Positions 1 to 59,612 of a stretch of DNA of 64,000 nt are shown here, one piece after another. The notes under the pieces are model-generated. The model did no database searches. It saw only the letters and a list, made by a program, of their open reading frames with translations, and was not told the origin of the DNA. The stretch is taken from assembly GCF_009914755.1 (NCBI RefSeq), contig NC_060940.1; one strand, 5' to 3'. This DNA is from the human T2T-CHM13v2.0 reference genome, Homo sapiens. Numbering within the stretch: the first letter of the stretch is position 1; each line of letters starts with the position of its first letter. The position numbers and the translations under genes are program-made.

Positions 1-2042
1 AGTTGATTGCCTTGTATATCTCTAGACTCGAGCCGTAAAGTTTCCCATTCAACTTTCTCTATCAGTTGCAGTGAAGAGAATCAATTTTTAATAAGAGAGT
101 TTCAAACTTGTTCTTAATATATTCTTTCTGAAAGAGGAAAGGCTGTATCCTTTATTTTTGGATAATGCTTTTGAAATATTTGATAACTTGTGCTTGACTA
201 TTTTAGTTGTCTAACATGACCCATCCTATTGCTAAGTCTAAGCTCATTTCCACTTGTGCTAATGAAAGTTAGGAAAAAAGTTACCACTCCTTGTAGAGTT
301 CACTTTAAAATATGGTACTTGAAAGCTATAGTTTATTACCCTAAAACATTTTTATAAACCTAGCAGTTATATCAATTTTTACTGTGGATTCTCTTCCTTA
401 AATTATTTCAGAAAGCAAGCTTATAATCAAATTTATTTAACATAATGTCCTAATGCACATATAGTAATTTAGTTTTGTCTTAATAATAGATTATTAGCAT
501 TAATGATTTTTATTTTAAATTGTGACATGAATAGTTAAGCTACAGGACCAATAGAGTAGGAGCTGTTGGTATAAAGCAATTATTAAGATTCAGGGAAGTT
601 TCTGATTGTAATATTTGAAGACATTGTTCTTAGGAATTTTAAAAAAGAATTTCTTTTCAAAATAGAATTACTTTACCTTTTTCAAAAAAATTTTGGCCCT
701 AAAAATCTAAATACATTTTAAAGAGAACCAAAACAACAGCTCGTTTTTTTGAAAGTTGCTTTTTGACTGTCTTAACCTTCTGCTAGTGACCAGACTCTCT
801 ATTCAATAAAGCCTATGTGCCCTTTGCTCCTAAAGACCCTTTCAGAATGTATGCATTCCTCTTTTCACGATTGTTGCTTTGTGTTTTCAAACACACAAAC
901 ATATTTCACTACCTGGCTTCTCAGAACTGATTCGAAGCGATAAGTTGGAAAGCAACAAGGCCGTAAAAGGAGTCAAATGCATACAGCAGGAAACCACAGA
1001 AAATGGCTGATTGCAAGGGAAAACTCTAGACAGTAGATCTGTAGAAAGCATTCGCGACCTCAGGAAGCATAAGATACAGCCTTTTAACAAAATAACAGCC
1101 TTGCAGATCAAGAGTTATGCAAAATAATTTACAGTCATAATGATACATCAATGATCAAGAAAAAAATAAGGACATTTTCTTGTGGAAAGTGTTGACATGT
1201 TAAAAGCATTTTGGTCAAAAAGAACCAACACTTCAGTTTGGTCCTTTAAAGGAATCCAACCAAATTGAGGGGTTGGATAGCTGTTTGGGCAGCCCTTATA
1301 AGGAGTTTTGTTTATATTGTGTCAAGATAGAGGTTTCCACAGGTGTCTTATATAAGTGGCAAATATAAATTGATCCCATTCTTGCTGAAGTAGACAGTGC
1401 CCTCAAGTGGAATTAAAACAAACACACCACAAAAAAGAAGAAAAGAGAACCACTTCATGCTACCTCTGCTTTTACCCTCACTGAGTGTTACACAGATATT
1501 TCAGTCATGTTGGTTTGAAGGAGGTGCCTAACCTGTATCCTGTCTTGGCTAAACCACATGTCTCATGCTGGCTTGTAGAGGGAGAGACTTTTAGGAACGT
1601 TACCATTATGGAATACTTCATTATCTAGCAGTGCTTTCTAAAAGAAGTGTTCCACTGTGTATAGATTTGCCAGGTTGTTTGATCATTAAGTGATTAAATC
1701 TAAAATTTGGTTCTTTAGGAGTATTTATTTTTTAATTGCTAGAATAAAATAAATATGATAGTGCTATCAATTGCAGCCATTACCCAGAATAATGGAAATG
1801 GATACCTCTATCTCAAGGAAGGATGAAATGAAAGTACTGTCTTTGGAAACCAGATAGCCACATTCTTATGACAGGGATACCTAGGAAGTATTGTTTTCAG
1901 CAGAAAATTAATTAAAATAATGAAGTAAAGTCTCAGTTTAAATTAATGAAATTGTGTAGTTTTTTAACCATCAGTTAAAATAGGTTTGAGAATGAGCCTA
2001 CTTCATTGGAAAGATTATTATTCTTGTAAAAATTTTAAATGA

Positions 2043-2219
2043 GGACCAGGTGCAGTTGCTCATGCCTGTAATCCTAGAACCTTGGAAGGCCAAGGTGGGA
2101 GGATCATTTGAGTCCAGGAGTTTGAAACTGCAGTGAGCTATGATCGCACCAATGTACCCAAGCCTGGGTGACAGAGCGAGACCCTGTCTTAAAAATAAAT
2201 AAATAAAATAAAAATAAAT
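2043..2219 (+). mobile_element. Alu monomer (FRAM/FAM-like)
   Basis: Single Alu arm ...cctgtaatcc...gcagtgagctatgatcgcacc...gagaccctgtct + A-rich tail. Confidence 0.8.
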
Positions 2220-2562
2220 GAAAATTTGAAAAAGAAATAATAGAAAGAAATTATAATGCAGTTATATCATGATATTCCCTTGCTATGTAGTACAAGTTTT
2301 GATGCTACAAAATTGATTTTTAAAATATTTTTAATATAGTCATATTATAATATCTGATATTTGCGATTTGAGAAATCAGATAACTATGATTAATGTGATG
2401 AACATTGCCCATCTTCAGAAAAAATATATGAAATGAAGTTGAGTCAGAGGTAAAATGTTCCATTATCACAATATGGCCATATCATAGCTATCATTTATAG
2501 GCATGAGCCACACAGCTCAGCCCGAAACGCTACTTTTAAAAGTTTATTAGTGTCAGAATATG

Positions 2563-2877
2563 GGACAGGCCTGGTGGCTTACGACTGTAATCCCAGTGCG
2601 TTGGGAGGCCAAGACAGGAGGATTGTTTGAGCCCAGGAGTTCAAGACCAGCTTAGGCAACATAGTGAGACCCTGTCTCTACAAAAAATAGAAAGCTTAGC
2701 TGTGTGTGGTGATATGCGTCTATAATACCAGTTACTCGGGAGGCTGAGGTAGGAGGATCACTTGAGCCTGGAAGGTCTTGGCCACAGTGAACTGTGATTG
2801 TGCCACTGCAGTCCAGCATGGGCAACAAGAGTGAGACCCTGTCTCAAAACAAATAAATAAAAATAAATTAAAAAAAG
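2563..2877 (+). mobile_element. Alu (AluJ-like)
   Basis: Dimeric Alu with J-type ttgagcccaggagttcaagaccagc; A tail. Confidence 0.9.
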
Positions 2878-3218
2878 TTAGAATATGTATATAAGGGTAA
2901 TTTTTAAAAGTTTTTACTAGAATCTGATTTTATAAATTTCAGTGTCTTGGAAGCAAACATTGTGTTGTCTTTGAAAGTACTTTACAATTGGATTTCATTA
3001 ATTAAATATGCACAGTTACAGTAGATAAAAGTAATACAGTATGTATGTCTTTTAGCCCTTTTAGATATTTTTTGAAAATATTTCATTTGTGTGTATGTGT
3101 TTACTGGTCAAATGAAAATTTTAAAAGTCTTCAGTCTTAATTTTCAGTCATGTAGAATGAAGTCTAAAGTTTATTTTTGCTTTTTCACTAGGCATTTTGA
3201 TTTCCTTTCTTTTTACAG

Positions 3219-50189
<46,971 letters not shown>

Positions 50190-50536
50190 CTGGGGTCATC
50201 GGGAAAGGCAAAGAAACTGAAGGCAGAGTCCTAACGTTGCATCTTATTCGAGCTGGCAGTTCTGTTCACGTCCATTGCCGGCAATGGATGTCTTTGTGGT
50301 GATGATCCTTCAGAAAAGGATGCCTCTGTTTAAAAACAAATTGCTTTTGTGTCCCTGAAGTATTTAATAAGAAGCATTTTGCACTCTAGAAAGTATGTTT
50401 GTGTTGGTTTTTTAAGAAGTCTAAATGAAGTTATTAATACCTGAAGCTTTAAGTTAAGTGCATTGATCATATGATATTTTTGGAAGCATACAATTTTAAT
50501 TGTGGAAGTTTAAAGCCTCTTTTAGTCCATTGAGAA

Positions 50537-50546
50537 TGTAAATAAA
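50537..50546 (+). terminator. proximal poly(A) signal candidate (TGTA + AATAAA)
   Basis: tgtaAATAAAtgtg followed by a U-rich tract at ~50581. Confidence 0.6.
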
Positions 50547-51828
50547 TGTGTCTTCTTTATGGACCAAGGATATGAAATCATTTTTCTTTTGTAGCTAACG
50601 GTTGCCTTGAGGAAGAAATAATTTGGTTTTATTAAGAGTCTACTCTCAATCCAGTTATTAGAGATGTACTGAGTTTGATTTGTTAATCCTTTCTATATAC
50701 TGCTGATCTTGCATGTCTACAATCTGCTCAGTTTTTCTGTGTTTCTGCAATAGTGGTCAGAAAAATACTTAAATTCCCTTAATGGTGTTGTTTTCTATTT
50801 GTTCTGGTTTTGAGATAAATGAGTGATTCTGTCCCCAAATGTCCATTTTTGAAGTGATTTTCCTGGAGGATTAGGGTATTTAGCAGTTGAAGCTCTTCAT
50901 TCATAGTAGTTACTGTCAGCTAACAGGTTTTTTAAGGCTTTTAACTATTAATATTTTATGGAATGGGGCAAAGTAAATTGATGAAAGAATTGGAGTGATA
51001 ATAGTCCTTTACAAACATACAGTCCATAAGAAAATGAATTTGGCATATAGAATTATTACAATTTCCTGGGAGAGATGGATATTTAAACCTCTATTATTTT
51101 AGACAAGACTGTCTAGAACTTAAGTTTGATCTGTCAGCCAGTACTCCCATTAAATTCAGTGTAGTTTCACTTGATAGAATCAGATATGTTATCGAAATGT
51201 TAGCAGCAGCTTCATCCTCCTTCTGATTAAAGTAAGTAGAAATGGGATGTTTTGTTTAATAACAGCCATAGTGTGTGTTTAGACCACAGCGGATGTTGTA
51301 GACCAGGACCATAGATGATACATGTCAGTGCTGTGGAATGTGCATTCTCTGAGTGTTGTTTTGTGGTATCATTGTCTTTCCTGAATGACTTTCTAACTGT
51401 GCAGAAAGGCAGAAAAGTCATCATATGTATATGTCATATGACTTTATAAAATATTTAATGTGACAAAAAGTGGAAAGAATCTTTACAAACCCTGCAATTA
51501 CTTTTTTAAAGGCACTTTTACTCTTTGGTTTTATCATTCCATTTTGCTAATATTTACTAGCTTTATAAATTACAGTAAGGTACAAAAACTCATCTTGTAA
51601 TATTTTCATTTTTGAAGTGAAAAAGTACATATATTTTGCACAAGGTTTTATACTGCTAAGTGCTTGGTTGGGGTGGTGAGATGATGATTAGATCAGGGGT
51701 GAGGCTGAGAGACTCTGGGTTTAGGGCTAGCCCTGCCTCCATCTCCCTTGGGTAAAATGAAGGGTGTGGGGTAAAAGATGCATAAGGCCTTTTCTAGCTC
51801 TGACAGCCTAGAAGTCCAATCACCCTGT

Positions 51829-51834
51829 AATAAA
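51829..51834 (+). terminator. intermediate poly(A) signal candidate
   Basis: ctgtAATAAAtatgtgttg. Confidence 0.4.
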
Positions 51835-51925
51835 TATGTGTTGAATGAAGAAATGGGTGAATGAGCTTGTCAATGTGATTTTAAAAAATTGACTACCTGG
51901 AGGAATGATTAGGAATCTAAATGAA

Positions 51926-52265
51926 GCCAGCCCTCGGTATCTGCAGGTTTCTCATCCATGGATTCAACCAACTGCAAATGGAAAATACGATTTTTTTTAA
52001 AAAAAGGATGGTTACATCCGTATTGAACATGTACAGACTTTTTTCTTGTCATTATTCTCTGAACAATACAAGAACTCTTTATGTAGCATTTACATTTATT
52101 AGGTATTATAAGTAATCTAGAGATTATTTAATTAAAATATACAGGAGGATGTGTGTCAGTTATATGCAAATTCTGTACCATTTTGTATCAGGGAATTGAG
52201 CATCTTCAGATGTTGGTATCTGCAGGGATCCTGGAACCAAACCCCTGCAGATACTAAGGGCTGAC
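51926..52265 (+). mobile_element. Tigger3a/MER7A-type MITE in the CYLD 3' UTR
   Basis: cagccctcggtatctgcagg...catggattcaaccaac...gtaatctagagat...cctgcagatactaagggctg terminal inverted repeats. Confidence 0.85.
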
Positions 52266-52958
52266 GATCTAGGTAAGACTGGATTTAACAGTTGGAAAAA
52301 AAAAAAAAAAAGGAGAGAGAAGACAGTTCCTTTCCTGTAGAAATTAAAACAAAATACAAATTGAGGAAGCTCTGCTACCCAGGCTGTCATGGTAGAGAAC
52401 TTGAAGAAGACCTGTTTGGATGGACACCTGGTTTCAAAAGTCAGGTGTGGAGACTGTTAAATGGGAGGGCCTCATCCATAAATGATTTCTGGCAACGTCT
52501 TCTTCAGGTGGAGCTTGACGTCTTTTTAATGTTACTTGGGGAGGGAGTGCTCATTAAGGGATGCCAGGGCCAGCTCTGGTGGTTCCTGGGGAGGCTGCGT
52601 CCTTCCCTGCTTCTGCATGTCATGAGGCAGCAGGAAGGTTTCCCCTGCACCTGTCTGTCCTGGCTCCCTCTGGGTAGCCCCCTACTGTTCTGTGCTTCAG
52701 CACAGCCTGGTTTGTCAAGAGGCACATAGTTGGGGCTGGGCTGCATGGCACAGGGGCTTATGTGCCTGCTGGTTATTTAATTTTCAGCCTTAAGTTTTCT
52801 TTAATATTTTCCTGTTGGCTATTTAAAGGTTTTGGTTATCTTTTATTCCTTATCTACAATCAAGATGACAATGTAATTGAATTATCTTATTTATAACACG
52901 GTTCGTGATTCATGATTCATGATTACAAGTAGAAAATATGTCATGTTCCTCACCTCCA

Positions 52959-52964
52959 AATAAA
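52959..52964 (+). terminator. intermediate poly(A) signal candidate
   Basis: AATAAA followed by GU-rich tract 52967-52999. Confidence 0.45.
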
Positions 52965-55592
52965 TATGTGTGTGTCTGTGTGTGTGTATATATGTATGTG
53001 GCGGAGAGGGAGAGAGTGGGGAAGGAGAGCAGTGTTATCATACATAGAGAGGCTAAATGTGTCCCATCCCTCACTGTCAGCTTTATAAAGGAGTTTGACT
53101 CCATCCACAGAAGAATGTTTTATAAGACTAGGAAAACACGTTGAAAACTAGGATAAACAGCAACAAAAATCAACTAAATATGTTGTTACTGTTGCTAAGG
53201 ATTTTCTCCTTAGAATAATTTAGGATTTTTAAAAATTTCTGTTTGCCAAATGCTGTAGATAAATGGCCAGATTCTTCCTATCCCTAGGATTCCTTTATTA
53301 TTTTTTTTCACAGATTTTGAGAACAAGGGGGAGAGATAGTATGGAAGATTAAGATTCCATTAATCTTATAGAACTGTGTTGTCACCCAAATTCCTGCTTG
53401 TTTGAACATGGCATCTTCATAGATTCAGGATTCACTACCCTCTATAGCTGGATCTTGAAAATTATCTGGCCAGATAATTTTGCATCTGCTTGGATGATTG
53501 TAGACTGAGATGTGAGTGGAGGATAAAGTATTAGACTTTTGCTGAGTAACTGCCAACCAAGAAGTATTTATCGGACACTTACTAGGTGCCTAGGATTGTA
53601 TCAGAGGGAATATGAAATGTGTCCCTGCCCTACCTAGTTTTAACGACAGAATATCTATTAAAGGCTACTTAGCTGAAGGGTAAGGGTGACAGGTCTAGGG
53701 GAAGCTTTGGGAGGTGGTGTGCTGTGACAGAAAAAGTGGCAGAGTAGGGACGAGAGACCTGCATTCTAGCCCTGTTTCTGTCACTTGCTCTGTACACTTA
53801 GACAACAGCTTGACCTCTTGAGCTTTAGTTTCCTCCTCTGCATAATGAGAGGGTTAGACTACTGAATTGTATGGGAAAAAAATACAAATTCCTGGGTCCT
53901 AGGCCATGCCTGCTGAATCCGACTGTTCAGGAAGAGGCCTAGGAAATCTGTGAGGGAATCCCCAGGGGAATCTCGTGACCAGCCAGGTGTGAAATCTGCT
54001 AACTGGAAGATCTCAAAGCTTCCTTCACTTTTTGTGATTTTGTGGTCATGTAACGTTACTGTATTATTCTACGTAAATGTGGGTACTTGGATGTTTATCA
54101 TACTGTTTCTCTGTGTTTACATACTAATTTGTGTAAGAAATGCATTTTAGTCTGTGTACCTCAACCTGCTGTTTGTTTCCTAGAGGTGTTAGTAGTCTTT
54201 AAATACAAGTAAGACTTAAGAGGATATTTGATGTTATTTACCTGGATATTTTCTTCCCCTTTTATTTATTTAGAGGAAATTGAGATTCTAGGAGCCAAAA
54301 AAATGAAAACAAAATTCTAAGGCAAAGTTAAAGAAAAAAATTACATTATTTCTTACCATTTGCTACTTTATAATGAAAATTTAAAAATTATATGGGAAGA
54401 TTTTTCTCTGGGATAACAAATCCTTGTCATAAAGTAAGAGGTCTTTTTAAAGTAGGTAGGCTATAAGGCCTGTAATTTAAAATAATACTCCTTTCTCTAG
54501 GGTTTGGTGCAATTCTCCATTAATGAAGATAACATTTGAATTCCCCAAAGCAGGTGAGGAGTCGGGGAGGAGAAAGCGATGTTAAAATGAAAACTCACTG
54601 CAAAAGAGGAGGCAGAGGAAGAAGGAATGTAAACCCCTTAAAGCAGATGTGTGTGGGGCCTTATGAAGACCAGGATTCTGCGGGTGTCAGGGGATTGCCC
54701 CTCTTGACAGAGACTAGGGTTTTAGACTGAGGCTTCCTGCAGGGTGTTCGCATTGCCCTTCTCCGTTCCCCTTCAGACCTTTCTGGGGAGAAGAGGTGGG
54801 AGGAGGGGAGAAAGACTGTTCATCTTATTCTGAATCCTGGAGCAGCTGAAGGTTTTCTCTTGAGTCAGGATGCAGTGGTAATGCATTAACCAGCAAGTGT
54901 GGCCAAGGATAATGAAAAAGTGGGAAAGGAAGGTCCTCCTCCTCCCTGATTGTAGCATCCAGCAGTCTCTGTAGCCAGGTTACTCAAGAACCACATTTGA
55001 TTTCCTGGCCCTTTGCCTTGGCAGTGATGGCATTTTTATTTCACTGTGTTTTAAAGTCTTCATTTATTTTTATAACATGGGTTAGGGAGAAGGGCCACAA
55101 ATGGAGGGATTGTCCTTTCAAGCACCACAGCTTCAGATAAAATTAGTACTTTCAAATATTGTCCACTTTAACTTAAAAAATTCTAGAGGGATTATATTGG
55201 AGACTCAACTGCCCTTGGTTTTAGTTTATAAAATGGCCTAGTACTGTGGAATTTTAATTTTAGAAAGTCTTAGCATCAGATCATAAACATTCATTAAAAG
55301 AACTCACATCCCATCTGAAACTTCCCAGGGGAGTTGGGATTCTTAGTAGATTGGTAGAAAGGGGCTCATTTTCTACTGCATTTCCCATTTTTGGTATCTT
55401 GTTCAGCATGTTTTATTTTTATTTCTTGTCTGCAGAACATCCTATATTTATGAGAACATTCTTTAAGAAGACCACCACATAGAATACCCCTTCCTATCAG
55501 CTCGCTCTGATTTAGCCTTAATTTTGTTAAATTTTTTAGAGATGAATGAAGTGCTGCTGTGGAAAGAAATGTACATATACTATTTCTGTATC

Positions 55593-55598
55593 ATTAAA
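55593..55598 (+). terminator. distal poly(A) signal
   Basis: ATTAAA preceded by two TGTA elements (55570, 55587); downstream U-rich and GU-rich sequence. Confidence 0.65.
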
Positions 55599-55969
55599 AT
55601 TACATTTTTATGGTTCCTTTTCCTGGATTTCTTTGAGGGAAGGGTTTTGGGTTATGAGAAGGCTGGAATTGGGTCTCTACAACACTTTAAGTTTTTGCTG
55701 TGGTAAGATTTCTTTGAGGAAATGCTATACCTGGGCACACCTCTGTGTCTTGATCAAGCCTCTACCACCATTACAATTGCTTTAGAAAACCTCACACACT
55801 TACCCTGTTCTGGGAGATGTGCCAGCGGCATTATGATGCTGTGTGGCTTCTTGATCTAGCCAAGTAATTCTGACCTCTGATGCTTGTTAAAGCTCAGCTG
55901 CTCCAGCCTCCAAGCCACTCCAGCCAGAAGTTGTCCCCCGCTGCTTCATTCCATCATCTATAAACATGA

Positions 55970-56418
<449 letters not shown>

Positions 56419-56548
56419 TAGTCTTCTTTTAGGTAACAGATCAACCTTCCTTGGAAATTATTTGGAGTTTAAGTCACTTAATGTGCCATGATAGGAAAGC
56501 TAGAATGGTCTGAGTTGGTAATACTGGTATTGACAATACATTGAAGAA

Positions 56549-57150
56549 CATTTCTGTTTCAGAACCCCATGGGTGGATATGCGTGCTTATATCCAAACAA
56601 TGCTGTTCTGACATCACTGATCTTCCTTGTCAGATTCAAGGGTTGGCACACTTTTTCATAGTCGCCACTCCTTGTGACTCTGTTTGGGTCTGTTACCGTG
56701 ACGGCGACAGTACATACCTTGTGCCCATCTGCGGATCTGGACAGTTGTGAAAACAAGTCCTTGTCAGAAGAAAGCTGGCCTGGCCGAAGGAGGAGCCACT
56801 GGCCCTCCCCTAAGCCCCTTTTTCTGACTTGCTGAGGCATGTTCTTCCTCATTATCACCTCATTATCAAACTTCGAGCAGCAGTTCTCCATTCAATCCTG
56901 GTTGCATGTTGAATTCACACAGGGAGATTTTAAAGACGCCAGTGCCTGTGCACACCCCAGACCTATTGGAATCTCTGAAGATGGGGCCAGACAGTGGGTC
57001 CTTGTCAAAGCTCCTTATGCATTTCTGTTTCAGAACCCCATGGGTGGATATGCGTGCTGATATCCAAACAATGCTGTTATGACATCACTGATCTTCCTTG
57101 TCAGATTCAAGGGTTGGCACACTTTTTCATAGTCCCCACTCCTTGTGACT
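56549..57150. repeat. 131-bp direct duplication (56549-56679 and 57020-57150)
   Basis: 128/131 identical, offset 471 bp. Confidence 0.97.
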
Positions 57151-57176
57151 GTGCAACCAGGATTGGGAACCAGTTG
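56878..57176. mobile_element. MER5A-type hAT MITE interrupted by the second copy of the duplication
   Basis: cagttctc..atcctggttgcatgttgaat..cagggagattttaaa..caccccagacc..aatctctg..aaagctcc [insert] gtgcaaccaggattgggaaccag. Confidence 0.75.
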
Positions 57177-58652
57177 TCAGGAGGAATGGAGTTTTCTGAG
57201 GGAGACAGAATCAACTTGGCATTCCCTGGTGGAACATTCTGCCCTGCAGAAAGAGAATGTGGACATGAACGAGCTCCTAAGGGAAAGTAGAAAATTTATT
57301 GTAAAGCTACCAGCCCAGTCCCTTGAGGAAGAACTCAGGGAATATATGGGGAATGTGTTCCAGAGGCAGGAGAGAGAATTTAGAAGTAGGATGAAAATTA
57401 CACTATTTGTGAAGAGGACTTAAAAGATGTCCTTAAATGGGCATGATGATGACGCTAATCTCTTTGTTTAGGAAATATTTCAGAGATAAGCCTCAGATGT
57501 ATAAAAAGAAAGGAGAGAGCTCACCAAGTTGATTAGGGAAGAAAGAAGGCAGGAGAAATCTTGGGGAGGGACTGTTTTGGGGCAAGCTTTCAAGCCTGTC
57601 TTTGCACTGAACTGTGGGCAGTCAGGTCTCTGTGGGCTGCCAGCTTCAGTAGACTGCTTGGAGTGTGGATTTATTGGAGAGGAGGTAGATTCTGAGGTCT
57701 AATGAGAGTAATTAGGGGAGTGAAGACTGAAATGGATATTATAAGAATAGTGTAATTCTCCCAGCAGACTGACCCTTATTACAAAAGCGCGACTGAAATT
57801 TGCAAGTTGCGTCCACTCTTTTGACTGTACCACTTTACTAGGAGTTAATGAAAACCTTTAAATTCCGTGTATGAAATCACCTTACAACTAACACACAAAT
57901 CTGTTTAAACACCTAATATGGCCTTTTCCAAACTAAGTAGTTTGAAGTTACACTGGGGTTTGAAGAGTTGGTGAGGAAGTTGACTGTACCACGGATGCCT
58001 CCCTGAGTCCCTCTCCTCCAGTCCTCCCCAACTTTAGCAGACTTTGGAAGCGACCCCTCAGGCCTTGCCTTGCAGGTTCTATTTGGTGGCAGGCAAGACT
58101 CAGCAGCCTGTAGTAAATGCAGTCAGGCCTCAGGCCATGATGAGTGGCTTCTTCGCTGTGCCTTCTTATTGGCTCCAGGGAGGCGAGGCTGCTCCTGGGT
58201 TAGTGCGTGGTGGGGTGATGACACTGGAATATACTGTGTTTTAAACAAATGTGCGTTTTGTTGGGTCCGGCCATCTCTGTAAACTTCAGACTGTTTTGTT
58301 CCGATGTATTTCTGAACTGTGCCCTGTAGGTCGCCCATTGGGGGTGGGATGGGCCTCTGCAGGTTGGAAGGACTAAGTGTGGTTTCAGGTTTCTGTTCAG
58401 AGGTCACCTCCCTGAAGAGGCCTTCACAGACCACATTAGCCAGGGGTGTGCTGGAATGTTTAACAACCAGCTCTTGGGGGCTGAGGGGCAACCCTGTTTG
58501 TAGCCTCTGCTGATTTGGTGGTATAAATACCCCCACCACGGCCAATTGCAAGCTACCAAAATGACACCTTTCAAGGAACTAGGGAAGACTTATATAGTAG
58601 GATTAACACAAGTACATAGCATTTCCGCCATACAGATACGATAGACATAAAA

Positions 58653-59111
58653 CCACGGTGGCAAACAGCAGCCCGTGAACCAAACCAGCTCAGCACCTGA
58701 TTTTGTGAATCACATTTGATTGGAACACAGTCATGACCATTTATCTAAGTACAGGTTGAATATCCCTTATCTGAAATGTTTGAGACCAGAAGTGTTTCAG
58801 GTTTCAGATGTTTTTGGATTTGGGAATATTTGCAGTACCAGATGAGCAGCCCTAACCCAGAAATCCAAAATCCAAAATGCCCCAATGAGCATTTCCTTTG
58901 AGTGTCATGTTGGTGCTCAAGAAGTTTTGGATTTTGGAGCATTTCAGATATTTGGATTAGGGAGCATTTAAGATTTTTCAGATTAGAGATGCTCAGTCTA
59001 TATTATCAATGCTTTTGTGCTACAATGGCTGAGTCAAATAGTTTTGACTGAACCCTTATGGCTCACGCAGTCATTAAATGGCCCTTCCCAGAAACAGTTT
59101 GCTTACCTTTG
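58653..59111 (+). mobile_element. MER58A (hAT-Charlie), middle layer
   Basis: ggcaaac..gcccg..attggaacacagtcatg [insert] gctacaatggctgag..tggccctt..cagaaacagtttgc. Confidence 0.8.
58752..59000 (+). mobile_element. Tigger4a (MER46A), inner layer, TA target duplication
   Basis: ta|caggttgaatatcccttatctgaaatg...caatgagcatttcctttgagtgtcatg...gatgctcagtcta|ta. Confidence 0.88.
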
Positions 59112-59502
59112 GCACAGAAAATGGTAAAATATAAAATAATTAGGAAGTAATGAGTTGCGAGTATTTGTTACCTTTATTTTAAGTATAATTTCATTTTAAG
59201 TTTATATAATTTGTAAGTTTATATACTTTGTTAGCTTAATAATTCAATAATAGATCCATCCAAGAACTGACTCGCAAAATTCCTGAAAATTTAATAATGG
59301 GCTCTTGTGAGCCATGGATGCCAGCTCCAGTTTACTTCTGCCATCATCTCAAACACACCTACAGGCACATATAGACTCCTGTGCGCTTCATTTTCTCCAC
59401 AGCACTGATCCCCTGGCCGCATGGCTTATCGTGGGCTCCTCAGGACCTCCCCTAGTCCCTTTAATTGTCTTTCCTTACCACCTTGATCAGTGCCTGGCAC
59501 AA

Positions 59503-59612
59503 ACCTCCCGCCTCAGCCTCCTCAGTAGTTGGGACTGCAGGTGCACACCACCATGCCCAGCTGGCTTTTTACATTTTTGTAGAGAGGGGGCTCTCGCTAT
59601 GTTGTCCAGGCT
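59503..59612 (-). mobile_element. Alu fragment
   Basis: cctcccgcctcagcctcc...gtagagagggggctctcgctatgttgtccaggctg. Confidence 0.75.

Larger units (their letters stand above)
50190..55615 (+). other. CYLD: CYLD long 3' UTR (~5.4 kb; end approximate)
   Basis: AU-rich sequence after the stop, ending at ATTAAA 55593 with UGUA upstream and U/GU-rich sequence downstream. Matches the recalled long CYLD 3' UTR. Confidence 0.7.
58441..59335 (-). mobile_element. MER63-type (hAT-Blackjack) element, outer layer of a nest
   Basis: caggggtgtgctgg..aatgtttaacaaccagctc at left; ttcctgaaaatttaataatgggctcttgtgagcc..gccagctccag at right. Confidence 0.7.

Noticed and set aside
52296-52311. A-run in the 3' UTR as a transcript end or retrocopy tail
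   Set aside because: Genomic A-tract with no upstream signal or TSD; likely to cause oligo-dT internal-priming artefacts
56549-57150. 131-nt duplicated unit as an H/ACA snoRNA, or as CRISPR-like repeats or LTR pairs
   Set aside because: ANANNA and ACA-like boxes occur but not in a clean hairpin-H-hairpin-ACA layout. Only two copies, no TG..CA ends, no TSD. Better explained as a templated insertion.
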